From: a virus
Strand: one strand, 5' to 3'
DNA length: 64,000 nucleotides
Virus record (IMG/VR): IMGVR_UViG_3300027857_000012
Coordinates: 70,002 to 134,001 of that record
The first letter of the stretch is position 1, and each line of letters starts with the position of its first letter. Shown here piece after piece: positions 49,309-59,740 of the stretch. The notes beneath the pieces are model-generated. The model saw only the letters and a program-made list of their open reading frames with translations. It had not been told where the DNA came from and did not search any database. The translations under genes and the position numbers were made by a program.

Positions 49309-49739
49309 CGACAGAATCCTCCTGGTTTCACTGTTGGTGATATGAGAATATTGGGTGCTGTGACAAGGACACCTCCAAGACCAGGTTGTGTATGATCAAG
49401 AGGCAGAGCACCTTGCCATGTAAACAGAAAATTGGTTTGTACTTGCCCAGGGAGAATGGTGAGTTGCACTGGTGTCTGTGATCGCCCGTTGTTTTCAGTG
49501 TATGAGAATTGGAGAAGACCACCAGTACCAGGTGTGAGATGAAAAATGGCGTTCCATGTGATTTGAATAAACGATCCACATTTCCATGTTGAAAGTGTCG
49601 ATGGTGAGACCGTCATTGTGATACTATTGACATGGAATCCAGTTTTCGGTGTTGCAGATGATGCCGACGCAATAGATGTCAAAAAGATCAATGACAATAG
49701 AAGTGTGAGGACGAGAATAAGGGCAAGAGGTCGAAACAT
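49305..49739 (-). CDS. secreted beta-sandwich-like protein
   Basis: signal peptide; FHVNSITMTVSP..CG..FH..GGLLQFSYT.NNGRS. Confidence 0.7.
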   Translation of the reverse strand: MFRPLALILVLTLLLSLIFLTSIASASSATPKTGFHVNSITMTVSPSTLSTWKCGSFIQITWNAIFHLTPGTGGLLQFSYTENNGRSQTPVQLTILPGQVQTNFLFTWQGALPLDHTQPGLGGVLVTAPNILISPTVKPGGFCR

Positions 49740-49880
49740 GTTGTTCTTCTTTCTGTGTTAGTCATTTCAAGAGTATTATAACACAGAAAGGCACATGTGG
49801 ATGTCTCTTCAGTGTTCTTCTTGCACATCATCAATGCCTACTGGGATGTGCAAGAAAAGAAGATGATAGATTTATCATCT

Positions 49881-50285
49881 TTAACAAAAAAGCTCCGTAT
49901 TGATCTCTGAAAGCATTCGATGTTCGATATACGTTTGGATGGTTGATATAAAATCATCCATATCAAATGGTTTTCGAATAAACCCATCGGCACCACATGC
50001 TTCAATTTCAAGTGGGTCGACATTGTACACTGAAAATAACAAAATGGCAATTTCACATATTCGAGGATCGTGGCGAATATCTGCGCAAAACTTTCGACCA
50101 TCGCCTTGTCCTAAAAGAATATCGAGCAAGATAAGATCTGGCGCATGAACTACAATGCAGTCAATGGATGGTAGTTCAGTGTACGTGACGACTCGATAAT
50201 TGCATTCATCCTCAAGAATATCACGAGTAACACTGCAAATGATTTCTTGATCATCAATAACAAGCACCGTCTTCTGTTCGTGCAT
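49881..50285 (-). CDS. single-domain response regulator (receiver)
   Basis: VLVIDD, PDLILLD, DG, FS, GADGFIRKPF; AAGGAG RBS. Confidence 0.88.
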   Translation of the reverse strand: MHEQKTVLVIDDQEIICSVTRDILEDECNYRVVTYTELPSIDCIVVHAPDLILLDILLGQGDGRKFCADIRHDPRICEIAILLFSVYNVDPLEIEACGADGFIRKPFDMDDFISTIQTYIEHRMLSEINTELFC

Positions 50286-50459
50286 ACGACAACTCCTTAC
50301 AGCAAAGTGTGTGTATGTGAAAAAAATGGGGAGATGAAAATACATATTGCATTCTCAGCAATATTATACAACAAAAGTGGGGAAAAGAACATAGGAAAGC
50401 ATGGAGGTATGCCTTGAGACAGGATGAGTGGCATTTCATCGAATCCCAAGACATGTTTT

Positions 50460-50792
50460 TTAGTGTGCTGATGAGTTTGTCTCTTCTGCAAGTGTGCTAT
50501 AGAGAGTGGTGAGAAAGATCTTTGCATATTCTTGATCGAGCAGAATATGCAATTTCTTTTCACGATGGATATTGTTGTCTATAACAATATACGATGTACA
50601 TCGGCAGACATCACCTGCGCATTCGACAAGGATGACACTGTACGTAACATCGTTCAAAACGAGTAGAGGGTGCGAATGACGTAGTTCGCGATGCACTGCA
50701 ATCGCTGCATTAAATGCATCTGTTCGAGTGATGTCTGTTGGTGCCGAAAAGAGTGCTTCAACAGTAGCATGAATTCGTGCTGTATTGATCAT
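50460..50792 (-). CDS. hypothetical protein
   Basis: GGAG RBS, downstream of minus-strand promoter. Confidence 0.6.
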   Translation of the reverse strand: MINTARIHATVEALFSAPTDITRTDAFNAAIAVHRELRHSHPLLVLNDVTYSVILVECAGDVCRCTSYIVIDNNIHREKKLHILLDQEYAKIFLTTLYSTLAEETNSSAH

Positions 50793-50832
50793 TATTCTTC
50801 TCCATTTATATTTTTTTCATTGAACTAATACT

Positions 50833-50862
50833 ATTATATCACGAAAACGTGTGAAAGTACAT
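50833..50862 (-). promoter_or_regulatory. conserved phage promoter motif
   Basis: reverse complement ATGTACTTTC...TGATATAAT. Confidence 0.72.
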
Positions 50863-50926
50863 CATTTTTCTTTTCACTTAAAAAGACATAGTATCTTTTT
50901 TGGATTTTTCATGTTATAATTGTATA

Positions 50927-52090
50927 ATGATAAAAATTTTGTCTCATATTTTAAATCACCAAGCGACCAAAAGAGCGAAAAGTGTGTCAAAAGAAACACT
51001 ATTTCGTGCAGCGCAGACATTCCTTGAAACATTCTATGGTGAATGTCAAGGACATGTTCAACAAACGTATCGACATCGATTACATGATGTTCGACAAGCT
51101 ATTTTTGAAACAGGGACGTACACACATACTCGACAGGAGTTAGAGTATGGTGCTCGAGTAGCGTGGAGGAACAGTACGCGGTGTATTGGTCGAGTTGCAT
51201 GGGAAACATTGGCCATTCGTGATTGTCGAAACATTGAGAACGAACTTGATATCTTTGCTGCGTGTGTGCAACATCTTCGTTACGCGACAAACGGTGGTCG
51301 GATTCGACCAACAATTACAGTCTTTGCGCCAGAAACACCCAAAACACCGACAATTCGTATTTGGAATGCGCAATTACTTCGATATGCTGGATATCAACAA
51401 ACAAACGGATCAGTTCTTGGTGATCCACTACATGTTATGTTCACAGACGTGCTATGCGCACTCGGGTGGACGCCATCTGCTATGAAAACACCATTTGATT
51501 TGCTTCCACTTGTTGTTCAAATTGGAACAGCGCCCCCGATGCTATTTGAATTTGATCGAAATGATGTGCTTGAAGTGGCACTTCAACACCCTCAGTATGC
51601 ATGGTTTTCAGAACTTCAGTTGCAATGGTACGCTGTCCCTGTCATTTCGAATATGCGACTTGAGATTGGTGGCCTGTCCTATTGTGCTGCACCATTCAAT
51701 GGGTGGTATATGGGTACGGAAATAGGTGCTCGGAATCTTGGGGATGTTCAGCGATATAATCAGTTGCCTCGTATTGCACGACGAATGGGGCTTCCAATGA
51801 CAGCGTCAAGAACATTGTGGAAAGACCGAGCACTCGTCGAACTCAATATCGCTGTTCTTGACTCATTTGCGAAACAAGGTGTGACAATCGTTGATCATCA
51901 TACTGCAGCGCACCAGTTTATTGTGCATGAACGCAAGGAACAACGACATGCACGATCAACATTCGCTGATTGGGGATGGATCGTGCCTCCTCTTTCAAGT
52001 TCAATAACACCTGTCTTTCATCGAGACTACGTGAACACAATTGTATCACCAAATTTCTTTTATCAACCAGATCCATGGACTTCTCAATAA
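50927..52090 (+). CDS. nos: nitric oxide synthase oxygenase (bacterial type; start could be GTG 50984)
   Basis: heme-thiolate AWRNSTRCIGRVAW, IWNAQLLRYAGY, PFNGWYMGTEIG, WKDRALVELN, VDHH, ADWGWIVPP. Confidence 0.95.
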   Translation: MIKILSHILNHQATKRAKSVSKETLFRAAQTFLETFYGECQGHVQQTYRHRLHDVRQAIFETGTYTHTRQELEYGARVAWRNSTRCIGRVAWETLAIRDCRNIENELDIFAACVQHLRYATNGGRIRPTITVFAPETPKTPTIRIWNAQLLRYAGYQQTNGSVLGDPLHVMFTDVLCALGWTPSAMKTPFDLLPLVVQIGTAPPMLFEFDRNDVLEVALQHPQYAWFSELQLQWYAVPVISNMRLEIGGLSYCAAPFNGWYMGTEIGARNLGDVQRYNQLPRIARRMGLPMTASRTLWKDRALVELNIAVLDSFAKQGVTIVDHHTAAHQFIVHERKEQRHARSTFADWGWIVPPLSSSITPVFHRDYVNTIVSPNFFYQPDPWTSQ

Positions 52091-52104
52091 GAAAGGGCAT
52101 ACAC

Positions 52105-52737
52105 ATGTCTAGTCGCCTTGATCAGGATGTTGTATCGTGCTGTACGAATCTTCCTCCAGCAAATTGGAAACTATGGAGTCGAGATACACAAAAAGTGTAT
52201 GCTCTTTCTGATGGGACGAGAACTGAGGAGCGTATTGCACTCCTGTTAGGGCGAACACAAGCCGATGTGCATACGATTTTGAGTGTCTTATTTTTGAGTG
52301 GTTACATCACACTGCAACGAGGCGGACATGATGTTGTTGATTTTGCATTACTTGAAACGAGTTATCAGGTGATCGTGTCGCAACAGAAAGCATTTTTATT
52401 TGATTTTCGGTTGGCCATTTTTGAACGACCAGACGTTTTTTCATTGTTTTCATCGCCCCACTTTGAATCGAATTTCTTGCAAGCATTGCATACGATTCTT
52501 CTCAAGATGCAACGACATGATCCCTCAGTGTTTCAATTTGTTCAACAACTCGGCGCAAGGCATGAAAAGTATGGTGTAACTCGAGAACATTTTCGTCTTG
52601 TTGGTGGATTTTTTCTAACTGTGTTGCAACGATATGTTGGTGTGTTGTGGACACGTCCGATGCAACGAACATGGGAAGCACTCTTTGGCGTGTTGACAGA
52701 TGTGATGTTGTTCGGGTACGGCCAGTTCACCGTGTAA
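52105..52737 (+). CDS. globin-domain protein with N-terminal winged-helix-like domain
   Basis: RPDVFSLF (CD1), LGARHEKYGVTREHF (proximal His), WT....TW; N-terminal VYALSDGTRT..IALLL. Confidence 0.82.
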   Translation: MSSRLDQDVVSCCTNLPPANWKLWSRDTQKVYALSDGTRTEERIALLLGRTQADVHTILSVLFLSGYITLQRGGHDVVDFALLETSYQVIVSQQKAFLFDFRLAIFERPDVFSLFSSPHFESNFLQALHTILLKMQRHDPSVFQFVQQLGARHEKYGVTREHFRLVGGFFLTVLQRYVGVLWTRPMQRTWEALFGVLTDVMLFGYGQFTV

Positions 52738-52951
52738 GTACTTGGTCTGGCCACACTGCAACACCACAGAGTGCAAGCACAATCCACGTGATCCATATGC
52801 TGCTCAAAATGAGAAACATGATATCAAAGCATCGATCAACACGATCACGATAGATGAGAAGGGCAGAATTTCGACAAAAGGTATATGCCGTCGCCCATAC
52901 TAGGCATGAGAGTGACACAAAAATGAGTGATCCAAAAAGATGTGTGCTCAT
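52727..52951 (-). CDS. small membrane protein
   Basis: two TM helices, GAGGA RBS. Confidence 0.55.
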   Translation of the reverse strand: MSTHLFGSLIFVSLSCLVWATAYTFCRNSALLIYRDRVDRCFDIMFLILSSIWITWIVLALCGVAVWPDQVLTR

Positions 52952-52992
52952 GATTCCTCTTTCGTAACTATTCCTCAATAGATGACTCAATG

Positions 52993-53068
52993 ATTATACT
53001 ACTTTTTATACAAAATGTACATAAAATTTGAAAAAAGTATGTACATTTTTTGCAAAGTGGTATATAAT
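52993..53068. promoter_or_regulatory. divergent pair of promoter motifs (-52993-53022, +53039-53068)
   Basis: ATGTACATTT...TATAAT on each strand. Confidence 0.75.
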
Positions 53069-53150
53069 AGTTGATAACAAGAGCAATTGCTCAAGAAAAA
53101 ACATGTCATGGTAGAGACAGCATGCGTCTCTGAATACAAATGAGGAGCAT

Positions 53151-53726
53151 ATGATCCAAGATTCAGCATCACAACAAAATACATCGAAAATCGACGTAAA
53201 GGCGATTTTTCCTGACGAGACAACATGGTTTGATACGACCGGCGCATCTGAATACTTGTGCCAAAATGGCCGAGAAACGAGCAAAGCGATGGTATATCAG
53301 CTTTCGTATGAAGGGAAAATTATTGGCATACAAGAGCGCGGTCGATGGGCATGGCCGAAAGCAGCACTTGATGCATATATCGCAGCACCTCGATTGCCTC
53401 GCGGTGCTGCTGCAGTAAAAGCACATCGAGAAACGATAACGCTTGATGAAGCAATTGAGGCGATCGAACTTCCGACTGATCCCTCAATCAAAGAGGATAG
53501 ACAGGAAGAGAGCAGCATTCCATTGCCAATCGCACCTCAAGCAAAAACACCCACTCGACAAAACATGGATACAGCCGTGATGGCGATAAATGCTGCGATC
53601 GACTCTGCAACACGTCAACAACGGCAGAAAAATCGAAAACTTCGAATGGTACTCCAAAATGCGATCGCACTATTGCAACGCGCACTTGATGCAGATGAAT
53701 TGGCTGACGACGAAACAGACGAGTAG
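53151..53726 (+). CDS. excisionase-like HTH DNA-binding protein
   Basis: FDTTGASEYL..SKAMVYQL..GKI.G...GRWAWPKAALDAYI. Confidence 0.7.
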   Translation: MIQDSASQQNTSKIDVKAIFPDETTWFDTTGASEYLCQNGRETSKAMVYQLSYEGKIIGIQERGRWAWPKAALDAYIAAPRLPRGAAAVKAHRETITLDEAIEAIELPTDPSIKEDRQEESSIPLPIAPQAKTPTRQNMDTAVMAINAAIDSATRQQRQKNRKLRMVLQNAIALLQRALDADELADDETDE

Positions 53727-53771
53727 AAAAGAGAGGGGTGGCAGATTTCTGTTCACCCCTTTGGAGTACAG

Positions 53772-54646
53772 ATGATTACTGATGTTGATGTGTTTGAAAT
53801 GTGTCGAGAATACAATCTCTATATGAACATACAGCAACGAGGGAAACATGCATATTTATATGCTGGTCGGAATGATGGCAAAAAATGCGCATCCAAAATT
53901 TTCTATTTTTATGTCTGTCCACGTCGACTCTTTGATACATTGACACCCCAAACATTTCGAACAATGCTCGAAGAGAAATATCGATTTCATCTTGCAAAAC
54001 GCCATGTATCATTTCGAACAATGTGCGCAACAGATGGATGTCTTCGTGAAGGTCGTGAAGAGTGCCAATACGTCATTCAAGTACATGTCGCCATTCGTGT
54101 GTATTTTTGCCAAACGTGTTTGGATCAAATAGAGGGAGTAGCATGATTCCACCCAAAGGATTGTTGACGGCAAAACTTGCCCATCCTCGATTATGGGAAA
54201 AGATGATGCAATGCGCAACAGAATCACAAGTATTATCACTTTTTCATGCACTTGATCCAAAACCTGAAGAAACGGTCTTAGCACTCTTTATTGGAGAATG
54301 GCGAAAAATACATACAGATGCATCCGATGCACCAACATATGCACAAATGCGAGCGCCACTCATTCCTGAGTCATTCCTTCTTCCATCGATAACAAGTACG
54401 TATGAAATGTGTAAACTATTTTGTACGTCACTTCTCTTGTTGACGAGTGTGCACAGAGCAGAAAGTATTGCTGATATTTCTCTTATGGAAGCCTATATTC
54501 GAGCGCTTGCAACTGAAGCACTTCGAAAAGGGCCTCGAACACCAGAGCAATTGTATCATGAACTTCTGAATATTCAGTTTCGTCTCTATGCTCGATTCGC
54601 GCATGGTGTTGATGAATTGCACCTCGTCTTGTCAGAGACAGAATAA
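53772..54646 (+). CDS. two hypothetical genes (53772-54146, 54143-54646)
   Basis: GGAG RBS, coupled. Confidence 0.6.
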
Positions 54647-54772
54647 TGTTCGTTCTCTTGTACATCTCAGAGGGCGCTAGAGGCCTCCAAAACTAGGAAA
54701 TGTAGTTTCTATCATCCTTCTTCAAGATGATTCAATGAATATATTTTTATTGATCGTTTTATTCAAAAAACG

Positions 54773-54802
54773 ATGTACTTTCTAAGTGGTTTATGATATA
54801 AT
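54773..54802 (+). promoter_or_regulatory. conserved phage promoter motif
   Basis: ATGTACTTTC...TGATATAAT. Confidence 0.72.
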
Positions 54803-55166
54803 TAAAACATAAATACAAAGGAGCGCATATGCATAGGTGAAATTCTCTGTATACTCATCATTTGTGGAATTGTACTGTTTGCACTCATCTGTGCTGGCAT
54901 AAACGCGATGCGTTTTATGCGACTCACACAATATAATATATGGAAAGATTTTCCGTATTCTCACCATCATAAGGATATGTAACAATGATAGTGAATAGCC
55001 TTTCTCATATTATTGCTGGTGCTACTGCTGGTATCATTATCACAAATGTAGTAGGACATATTGGATGTAAACGGCAGTGGACAATGCGAACACAATTTAT
55101 TGTCACGTTTTCTACGATCATTTTTGTAGCCGCAATACTTGCATTTGTGAACATTTAGGAGATATC

Positions 55167-56005
55167 ATGTTACAACAACCAGATGATTTAGGTCACATGG
55201 AGTGGGATGCAACACATGCGCCGAAACAGATGCTGCAGTATCGGCATATCAATATTGCTTCATTGCTTATCGATGCGCCAGTTGTTGATTGTCTTATTGC
55301 TCTTGCAAAAGGTCGACTTGAAGACATTTATGTATATGAAGATCCGGTTGGGCAGTTCTGCCCATGGTGTTCATTAAACACACAAGAGCAACCAACACGT
55401 CGAGGTGATGAACACGATTTTGATTGCGTTACATCAATTGCTCGTCGAACACTCGTCGCGCTCGGTCTTCCACTCAAACGATGGCATGTCACATTTGTTA
55501 TTCAACGAGCACATTCGCCAAATGTGCAACCAGAGCAGATTCGATTAAGTCCTTCAATGGTCGAAATACTGCACCCACTTCCACCAATTGCAGTAGATGT
55601 TGCGCATGATAATCTTGAAGAATTAGGAATACATGATGGTTTGTGGACGGCAATTGACCCAAAGAGTGTCCACATGCAGTGTGTTCAAGTGCTGACCGGA
55701 GTGTAATTCTGATGAGAAATGATGCATTGGTTGAAATTCCTCTTGAGATTGCGCGAAAAACACACCCACATCTTAAGAGGAAACTCTCACAATACCGTCG
55801 TCGGTTAACCATTCGAACACTCGATGGATTACCTGGTGAACTCTGCGCGACATTTGATGGCGTAACAATTGTTGTTGAACCAACTGGGCACAGTGCACCA
55901 GAACCAGCATATCGAGCTGTTCGAGTGCCAGCAGTGACAATTCCGCTCAAACATCGTGATATGAGTACACGATATGGTATTCGATGGATGTCGTGGCATC
56001 GGTAA
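55167..56005 (+). CDS. two hypothetical genes (55167-55706, 55712-56005)
   Basis: AGGAG RBS; CPWC..H..DC motif in the first. Confidence 0.6.
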
Positions 56006-56074
56006 TCGTATTTTTTCGAAGCAGATTCGCTGCAAAATGTTTGTTTATCATCTCTCTTCAAAGGAGAAATACAC

Positions 56075-56401
56075 ATGGCACAACCTCGTCGACAATCAAA
56101 GCCAACTATCGTGACAACGAATGGTGAATCAAGAATTGTCCCTGCTGGCCAAAATCCACTCGGTCAACTGCCAGATACGATCATGATCGGTGATGCAGCT
56201 GAGTTTCTTGGTTGTAGTGCATCGACTGTTGTCAATCGTATTGCCGAAGGTGAAATCATTGGCTGGCAAATCGGTAAAGCATGGAAAGTAGAGAGGCAAA
56301 GTGTCCTCGACTATGTCGAGCGACAAAAAGCCGCTGCTCAAAACATTGCAAAACGTGTTCGTTATCAATCCGCGAAAACGGGCAAACAGAAGAAAGGGTA
56401 G
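56075..56401 (+). CDS. excisionase-like HTH (HTH_17) protein
   Basis: IGDAAEFLGCSASTVVNRI.EGEI.G.QIGKAWKVERQSV. Confidence 0.8.
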   Translation: MAQPRRQSKPTIVTTNGESRIVPAGQNPLGQLPDTIMIGDAAEFLGCSASTVVNRIAEGEIIGWQIGKAWKVERQSVLDYVERQKAAAQNIAKRVRYQSAKTGKQKKG

Positions 56402-56413
56402 AAAGGGGGCATT

Positions 56414-57922
56414 GTGCCTCATTCAAAAGATCTTCAGCCAGAATTAGTGGAGGTTAATCCGAACAGGATTAAATTCACCACAGATAATCCGAGACGACAT
56501 AAAGGGTTCGAATTCGATCGACTGCAAGCCAGTATTGCCGAAATCGGATACGTCCAACTGCCAACTGTTCGTCTCGACACGACACCAGGCTTTTACGTGT
56601 GTATCGATGGAGAAGGTCGTATTCTTGCAGCGCAGAATGCTGGCGATACATCGATTTGGGTTGTCTCATATGGTCGTCTCGATGAGACGACCGCGATGAA
56701 GATGCTCGAAGCAGCGAATACTGTTCGATACTTCAGCTATCTTGCTGAGTGCAAGGGTATCGCGAACATGCATCGACGCAAAATGACGATCAACATGATT
56801 GCCAAAACGCTTGGTGCGACACCATCGAAAGTCACAGAACTTGTCAGCATTGGGTACTTTCCAAATGATATCTATAATCTCATTGAAAAAGATATCATGG
56901 ACGGGGAAGGGGAAAGTGTTCGTAGCGTTTCATGGAAAACGATTCTTCCGATGCTTCTGGTCCTTCGACAGGCGATGCCAGGTCGAACTATTCCTGGTCT
57001 TATTAAAGTTGGAGGGCATCGAGAGAATTCGTATCAAGAATGGTTTGAATTAGAGACGTTGTATGACTATGGTGAAGTTCGAGCAGCCGTTGAAGCAATC
57101 ATTCGAGGTGACATCTGCACGGTCAAAGATATTAGGGCATATGTTGCTGATCGTCGCGCTGATCTTGCTGAACAGCGAATTGATAAAGAACTCGCTCGAC
57201 GTGTTGTCCAAGAAATTGAAGATACACGCCTTGCACTTGAAACTGCGTATCGAACAAAACTAACTGACGCAGTTGGTCAGATCGAACAGCAACTGAATGA
57301 TCAGGTGAATCAGTTGCAAGCGCAATTCATTGACTTGCAACACGATCATCGACGATTGTTATCAGAAGCAAGTCGTCAACCTGACCTGATTGAGCAACAA
57401 CAACGTGATTTGGAAACACGTCTCAAAGCTGCTGAGCAAGAGCGTCTTCGATGGCAGCGTTTACAGAAGGAGGTCGATGAAAAAGCACAACAAAAGCTTG
57501 CGCGAGAAGAAGCGGCATTAAAAGAGAAAATGGCACAGGAAGCAGCGGCGTTGCGAGCAAAGGTCGATGATGAAGCGAAAACTCAGTTTGAGCAAATTCA
57601 ACAGCGACTTCGTGAATCAGAACATGATATTGCGGCATTGTATGAAAAACGAGATAGGGCTCGTCAGCTTAAAACGGAAGCCACGATGCAGCAAGCCGTG
57701 ACGCATCTCGTCGAATTGCTCACGCAAACAAATCAATCATTGCTGCTCCTGTCATCACCAGGGTTCGTTAAAGGTATTCAATACCTTCAACGTGTTGAAC
57801 AAGATGTGCTTTTTGCGCAACTCGATTCAACACTACAACTGCTCGAAAAAGCACGTGAGCAGTTCTCGAACGTTGTCCATGCGACAACAGCAGATGGACA
57901 AAATGTTCGATTTCTTGATTAG
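56414..57922 (+). CDS. ParB/Srx N-terminal domain protein with HTH and long coiled coil
   Basis: NPR..LQASIAEIG..P.V...IDGEGR..AA; IAKTLG.TPSKV; Gln/Glu/Leu heptad C-terminus. Confidence 0.8.
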   Translation: MPHSKDLQPELVEVNPNRIKFTTDNPRRHKGFEFDRLQASIAEIGYVQLPTVRLDTTPGFYVCIDGEGRILAAQNAGDTSIWVVSYGRLDETTAMKMLEAANTVRYFSYLAECKGIANMHRRKMTINMIAKTLGATPSKVTELVSIGYFPNDIYNLIEKDIMDGEGESVRSVSWKTILPMLLVLRQAMPGRTIPGLIKVGGHRENSYQEWFELETLYDYGEVRAAVEAIIRGDICTVKDIRAYVADRRADLAEQRIDKELARRVVQEIEDTRLALETAYRTKLTDAVGQIEQQLNDQVNQLQAQFIDLQHDHRRLLSEASRQPDLIEQQQRDLETRLKAAEQERLRWQRLQKEVDEKAQQKLAREEAALKEKMAQEAAALRAKVDDEAKTQFEQIQQRLRESEHDIAALYEKRDRARQLKTEATMQQAVTHLVELLTQTNQSLLLLSSPGFVKGIQYLQRVEQDVLFAQLDSTLQLLEKAREQFSNVVHATTADGQNVRFLD

Positions 57923-57940
57923 GATAGGAGATAATGTCTG

Positions 57941-58714
57941 ATGGCACAGTTAACACATCGTCGTGGCCGGCAAAAAACATGGACCGAGGACGACAAGGAG
58001 CTGCAGACACTTTATGGTGTGTCTAGCATGAACCCGGAAGCGTCTCGTCCAAAGTTTGGTCCTGGTATTCAACTCTTGCTTACGAGTGATGGGTTCGCTC
58101 GTCGAATATCACAACAACCTGGTGATATTGCTGTGACACGAATCAGCGATGAAGATGACATGCAGTTAATGGCACCAACATTGCTGAATCTTGCATGGCA
58201 TTTCCGCTATATGCGTTGGGCGCGCATTAACATGAATAAGATCGTACGAAAATCGAAAGGTGACATCATCGAATCTGATATTGATAAGCGATTTTTTCTC
58301 GCTGCACAAGATAAAGCGAAAAAAGACTTCGAGATGCAACGCGCCAAACCACTTCGTGCTGAACTCCTCAAGCAAGAATATCCACTTTACTTCTATTGTG
58401 TGAACCAAGTGCTCATGCAAACAGACGAGACGACTGGTGTCCCGTTCACATTTCATGGAGAAGAAGTGTTGTGCATTCTTCCCAAGACAATTCGAGCGGC
58501 TGAGTATTATGGTTTGTCCGAACAGGAGATGTGTTTGTTCGCCCCATGTATTCTGCACTTAGTAAAGAATCTTTGTGCACTCCATGCAATCAAAACACCA
58601 GATGAGTTCAAAAACGCCATCGCAGGGTGGATCGACATTGTTGACGATCCCTGCATGACAAAATACATTCTCGAGTCAGTCGCGACAATGAATCCGTACT
58701 TACGGATCGCATAG
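57941..58714 (+). CDS. hypothetical protein
   Basis: AGGAG RBS, follows ParB-like gene. Confidence 0.7.
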   Translation: MAQLTHRRGRQKTWTEDDKELQTLYGVSSMNPEASRPKFGPGIQLLLTSDGFARRISQQPGDIAVTRISDEDDMQLMAPTLLNLAWHFRYMRWARINMNKIVRKSKGDIIESDIDKRFFLAAQDKAKKDFEMQRAKPLRAELLKQEYPLYFYCVNQVLMQTDETTGVPFTFHGEEVLCILPKTIRAAEYYGLSEQEMCLFAPCILHLVKNLCALHAIKTPDEFKNAIAGWIDIVDDPCMTKYILESVATMNPYLRIA

Positions 58715-58746
58715 AAGGAGAACACTTCAAGCATACACGCCTTGAA

Positions 58747-58977
58747 GTGTTCGTTTATTTTGGAGGAACAGTGGCACTTTCAAACGAAGAATTACGCCGT
58801 ATTCGAATTCGAGCAGAAGATGATGCGAAGAAGGCACGCGACCGACATTTGTTTCTGCTTCATTTTCTTGGGATTGAACCAACAGAAGAATTATTGCTCA
58901 TCCTTGCATATATTGCAGCAGAGGACAATTGGAACAGTGCGAAAAAAGAATTGTTTCCAGGAGATCCAGATGTCTGA
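58747..58977 (+). CDS. hypothetical protein
   Basis: short ORF overlapping the next start. Confidence 0.45.
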   Translation: MFVYFGGTVALSNEELRRIRIRAEDDAKKARDRHLFLLHFLGIEPTEELLLILAYIAAEDNWNSAKKELFPGDPDV

Positions 58978-59740
58978 TATTCCAATGAAGCATCATCTTC
59001 CATCGTCAATTATCACGTGTCCGTTTCCGGTTGGATTCGCAACACTCGTAGGGTCAACGATTTATGGCGCGGCTACACCTGAATCAGATTACGATATTTC
59101 AGGTGTCTTTGTCGCACCACTTCGAGATGTTTTAGGGTTCAGTGCACTCAAAGAGACACATGTTGAGAAAACGATGTTTCAAGATACATCTGTCGACATT
59201 GTATTGCATGAATTGAAGAAGTTTTTGTCCCTTCTATTAAAAGGGAATGGCAATGCTCTTGAAGTGTTGTATTCACCTCTTGTGATCACTACATCGACAC
59301 TTCATGATCGAATAAAAATACTTGGAAAAGAGTGTATTACACAATTCTGTGGACATCATTATCGAGGCATGGCACATAATCAACTGCGGCAACCTGGCTC
59401 GGAAGTGAAAAAGCTATTTCATGCGTATCGATGTTTTCTAATGGGGATTGAACTAATGAAGACTGGCATCTTTCATTTTGATGTTGAATATCTTGCAAAC
59501 ACATATCAGTGCCCAGAAATGCTTGACATATTGGCGTTAAAACAGCAACGCCAGTCAGACCTTGTTTTTCCGTCTGATCATCGATACATGAATACACTAT
59601 CTCGGTTAGATACGCAATTAGATGAAGCAATACGCGTATCATTTCTGCCACCGAAACCATCAGATGAAATAAAACAACAAATCGAATCTCTGTTGTTTCA
59701 AACGCGAATGATGAAACATCTATTCGACTCGTTTTCGTAA
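58970..59740 (+). CDS. DNA polymerase beta superfamily nucleotidyltransferase (YcgL-like)
   Basis: GSTIYG..TPESDYDISGVF, HELKKF..LLLKGNGNALEVLYSP, KKLFHAYR. Confidence 0.85.
   Translation: MSDIPMKHHLPSSIITCPFPVGFATLVGSTIYGAATPESDYDISGVFVAPLRDVLGFSALKETHVEKTMFQDTSVDIVLHELKKFLSLLLKGNGNALEVLYSPLVITTSTLHDRIKILGKECITQFCGHHYRGMAHNQLRQPGSEVKKLFHAYRCFLMGIELMKTGIFHFDVEYLANTYQCPEMLDILALKQQRQSDLVFPSDHRYMNTLSRLDTQLDEAIRVSFLPPKPSDEIKQQIESLLFQTRMMKHLFDSFS

Noticed and set aside
28885-54715. Weakly similar intergenic segments near 28885-28935 and 54665-54715 (CAGAG..GAGGCCT..AAA..ATGTA..TTC)
   Set aside because: Similarity is too low to call a repeat by eye.
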